Origin: Candidatus Caldarchaeum sp.
Lineage (GTDB): Archaea; Thermoproteota; Nitrososphaeria_A; Caldarchaeales; Caldarchaeaceae
Assembly: GCA_033580815.1 (NCBI GenBank)
Contig: JAVQUC010000013.1
Location: 2,655 to 26,654 of the forward strand
DNA length: 24,000 bases
Reading direction: 5' to 3'
The first letter of the stretch is position 1. Each line of letters starts with the position of its first letter. Below, piece by piece: positions 21,622 through 24,000 of this stretch. Below the pieces are notes generated by a model. That model did not search any database, was not told the origin of the DNA, and saw nothing but the letters and a program-made list of their open reading frames with translations. The position numbers and the translations under genes are program-made.

Positions 21622-24000
21622 CAACCCGTCACCCGCACCTCGACGTACCTCAAGACCGTAACACCTGATGTTTGATAGATAGCTCCTAAATATAAGCTAT
21701 CGCCAGAAATCCAGTAAACAAGAATTGCGCCGTATTCCTTCCAGTATTCTAAAAATTTGTCCAACTCGTTTTTAATTTTGTCGAAGCTCTGTTCGTCGGT
21801 GTAGTTATGGCTAGCTACCTTGTACACGATATTAGCATTTATCTGTTCAGGAGTCTCGTCGCCTAGCCCTTTTTCCCTCAGCAGGTTCTTGAGCCGATTT
21901 ATACGCTCCTCCCTCGTTGCTGGCAGGCTCGGCGGGGGCGCCGTTTCACCCGCCATCTTGTAGAGGTAGTTGGCGAAAGCTTTCTCGATCGTATCCCCGA
22001 GGCCTACGTAGTAAAGACCTGTGAAAGCGGCTCCAACAACCGCTATGGTTCCTAGCTGGGTGACAACCCCTTCTCCTTCTCTTGCCGTATAGACCGGGAT
22101 GACGTAGACCGGGTGTTCGCCGACCTCATAGAAGATTGTTTCCCCGATGCGGGGTGAAGCCAGTAACGTGCTAAGGGTCCTGAAGTCAGGGTCACGCTGA
22201 AGAGCTTGAAGCGCCGCCGACGGCCCCAACAGCTTGGTGGGCGAGTCGAGGGGTACTTTGTAGAAATACATTTCGCCGAGCCATGGATAATCGTTCCTGA
22301 CCACCGCGTAGCCCGCTAGGTTCTGCCCCCTTGCCCCACGAAGCTCAAGCGAGAGAATGCCGATGAACTCGATTTTATCGCTGTTAGGCAGCCTTGTCAT
22401 CACGTAGTATACCTCGACTCCTTGAGGGATTTCGTAGAATTCTCTCGCCTGTATGAATGTAGCGGGGTCTTCTACGTGGTAAAGGGAGAACAGGCGTATC
22501 TGATACTGGAATAGTTCAGCTGGGTATCTTATCTGGTTTTGAAGCCATTGAGCCACTTCGCGGGTGACGAAGTCTGCGTAAACGTTTTCGAAAAGCTTGG
22601 AGAAGAAGTCGTCTCCCAGCATTATCAGTTTTATCGAACCGTCGTAAACGTCGACGAGGCCAATCCCCACGAACCTCACGTAGGGGTTGCCGTTTGACCA
22701 AGGCGTTTTATCCGTGGGTAAAGCGACTATGAGGGGGATCATCCAGTAAGTTCTCCGGCCGTCCGTCACGGGGAACATGTCAACGTAATCCTCGCCGAAG
22801 ACGTAGTTGAAGTAGGGGAATAGAAGCTGGACCCTCTCATGGACATCCCTGTATCTCAGAAGATGTATTTGCTTGTCTGGGTAGCTTAGAAAGAATGTTA
22901 TGTCGTACAGCCAGCTCAAAGGCGGGCCGATTTCGACTCCCCCGTTTCCGTTGTATCTCGCACCGCCTATTTCGTCGGGACTTTCCTTCCCGACCACAAT
23001 AGCCGCCCAAGCCGCTGAAAACAGGCTACGCGGACCACCCTCCCCATAGTAAATTCGCCTCTCCGTGAAAAATTTCGAGCTGTCGATGACTTCGCCTTGA
23101 TGAGCGTCTAGCATCAGGAATCCCTGCGGGATGTGGGTGTAGACCAGATGCATGTTGTACCATACATCCGCGGCTGTGACTGTTGGTGGAAGGACTGGTT
23201 TCATCGAAGCACTCCAGTAAAGACTTCCGTTAAACCTAAGAATATCTGAATCTTCGAAGTCGATGTAGGGTATCAAGCCTATTTCAGGCCTCAGCTTAGC
23301 GAAGGCGGCGTCCCAATCCCACAAACGCGTTCTTTCCAAAATATCCCTATTCGATTCTAAAATCCTGGATACGTCAGAGCTTGTTACCCGAGTTCCGCTA
23401 AAATTGTAGGTCAGAACTTTTACATTCAAGCCTGCGAGATATCTATTGACGTTAATTTCTTGAAGGACATAGGGACCTTTATACTCGATTTTCTGGGCGT
23501 CTGCGATTGTGTTTTGGACGGCCACTACCGACGCCGTGGCGAGTCCAAGTATGACGAGTAGCCCTATCCTTAGGTAGATGTTGTTAAGGAAGCGTTTTCC
23601 GCGAAGGTCGAGGAATCCAAAAAGAGCCAATATCGCCGATGCAATGAAGGCTGAGACAACGAGAACACGTGTGTTGTAGTCGATCGAGCTGCTTAAAAAC
23701 AGGTTGAACCCTGTCCACGCCAAGCCGAGGCTGGCCAAAAACTCTAGCGTGGAAGCTTTGATGGTTACGGTTCCGGTTTCTCCGAACGACACCAATGCTC
23801 GCGCAAACACTTTGAGAACATTTGTCAACCCTATGAGGAGAAACAACCTGATTCCGATGGCTGAGAAGACTGGTGGAACAAGAAGTATCAGACTAGGTGA
23901 CGCATCGATAACGGCTTGCGCTCCGCTTACGTCCCCGCGGCCGAAAGACGTGAAAGGAAGGAGGAAAATCTTTGGAATGTTCGCTAGCCCTGAGTCCCAG
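21621..24000 (-). CDS. UPF0182 (COG1615) family large membrane protein, N-terminus outside the window
   Basis: The frame stays open upstream of the track start (TTG 23846) all the way to base 24000 (...WDSGLANIPKIFLLPFTSFGRGDVSGAQAVIDASPSLILLVPPVFSAIGIR-LFLLIGL...), so the gene is 5'-truncated by the window. The N-terminal part is multi-TM, followed by a large soluble region. Blocks HLVYTH, RRIYYGEGG, YNGNGGVEIG, LLRYRDVHERVQLLFPYF, TDGRRTYWMIPL, VDVYDGSIKL, IRYPAELFQYQIRLFSLYHVEDP, NLAGYAVVRND and PVYVIPVY parallel the conserved blocks I recall from bacterial UPF0182 proteins. Confidence 0.75.
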   Translation of the reverse strand, partial: WDSGLANIPKIFLLPFTSFGRGDVSGAQAVIDASPSLILLVPPVFSAIGIRLFLLIGLTNVLKVFARALVSFGETGTVTIKASTLEFLASLGLAWTGFNLFLSSSIDYNTRVLVVSAFIASAILALFGFLDLRGKRFLNNIYLRIGLLVILGLATASVVAVQNTIADAQKIEYKGPYVLQEINVNRYLAGLNVKVLTYNFSGTRVTSSDVSRILESNRDILERTRLWDWDAAFAKLRPEIGLIPYIDFEDSDILRFNGSLYWSASMKPVLPPTVTAADVWYNMHLVYTHIPQGFLMLDAHQGEVIDSSKFFTERRIYYGEGGPRSLFSAAWAAIVVGKESPDEIGGARYNGNGGVEIGPPLSWLYDITFFLSYPDKQIHLLRYRDVHERVQLLFPYFNYVFGEDYVDMFPVTDGRRTYWMIPLIVALPTDKTPWSNGNPYVRFVGIGLVDVYDGSIKLIMLGDDFFSKLFENVYADFVTREVAQWLQNQIRYPAELFQYQIRLFSLYHVEDPATFIQAREFYEIPQGVEVYYVMTRLPNSDKIEFIGILSLELRGARGQNLAGYAVVRNDYPWLGEMYFYKVPLDSPTKLLGPSAALQALQRDPDFRTLSTLLASPRIGETIFYEVGEHPVYVIPVYTAREGEGVVTQLGTIAVVGAAFTGLYYVGLGDTIEKAFANYLYKMAGETAPPPSLPATREERINRLKNLLREKGLGDETPEQINANIVYKVASHNYTDEQSFDKIKNELDKFLEYWKEYGAILVYWISGDSLYLGAIYQTSGVTVLRYVEVRVTG

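Noticed and set aside
1-24000. CRISPR arrays, cas genes, transposases/IS elements, toxin-antitoxin pairs and known defence systems.
   Set aside because: I saw no short regularly spaced direct repeats and no ORFs with nuclease, integrase or transposase hallmarks. The only substantial repeat is the tandem SBP gene duplication.

Overview
This window looks like a compact, gene-dense archaeal chromosomal segment, probably from a thermophilic Thermoproteota-type genome. Three things support that. A tRNA-Trp carries a bulge-helix-bulge intron. TATA-like boxes sit about 25-30 nt upstream of first-gene start codons, which implies leaderless mRNAs, while genes inside operons have GGAGG-like Shine-Dalgarno sequences. 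The solute-binding proteins are anchored by an N-terminal TM helix. The content is mostly transport and carbon metabolism.

(1) 312-11658 is a putative polyol/ketose utilisation locus. It encodes a Zn-dependent MDR dehydrogenase, an FGGY kinase and an A/T-rich orphan ORF. Converging on these is a long minus-strand block: a ~585-aa Tat-type binding protein, a class I (DhnA/FbaB-type) aldolase, two permeases, a DUF2160-like mini membrane protein, two non-identical MalK-type ATPases and a SAF-domain NAD(P) oxidoreductase.

(2) 11784-14599 holds a ModE-like (wHTH+Mop) regulator divergent from a WtpABC/ModABC-like oxyanion importer.

(3) 14650-14750 is an intron-containing tRNA-Trp(CCA).

(4) 14754-20239 is a second ABC importer (PotABC-like architecture) with two tandemly duplicated binding-protein genes, each keeping its own upstream region.

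(5) 20517-24000 holds an XRE-type HTH regulator and a UPF0182-family large membrane protein that runs off the window. The UPF0182 gene is translationally coupled to a small membrane-anchored alpha-crystallin-like protein.

A partial B12-binding radical-SAM-like gene start lies at the left edge.

I see no CRISPR array, transposase, integrase, toxin-antitoxin or recognisable defence genes. The most interesting points are the complementary motif degeneracy in the ATPase pair, the archaeal DUF2160-type seven-gene importer, the duplicated binding proteins and the UPF0182/ACD gene pair. All functional calls come from motif recognition by eye. No database search was run.
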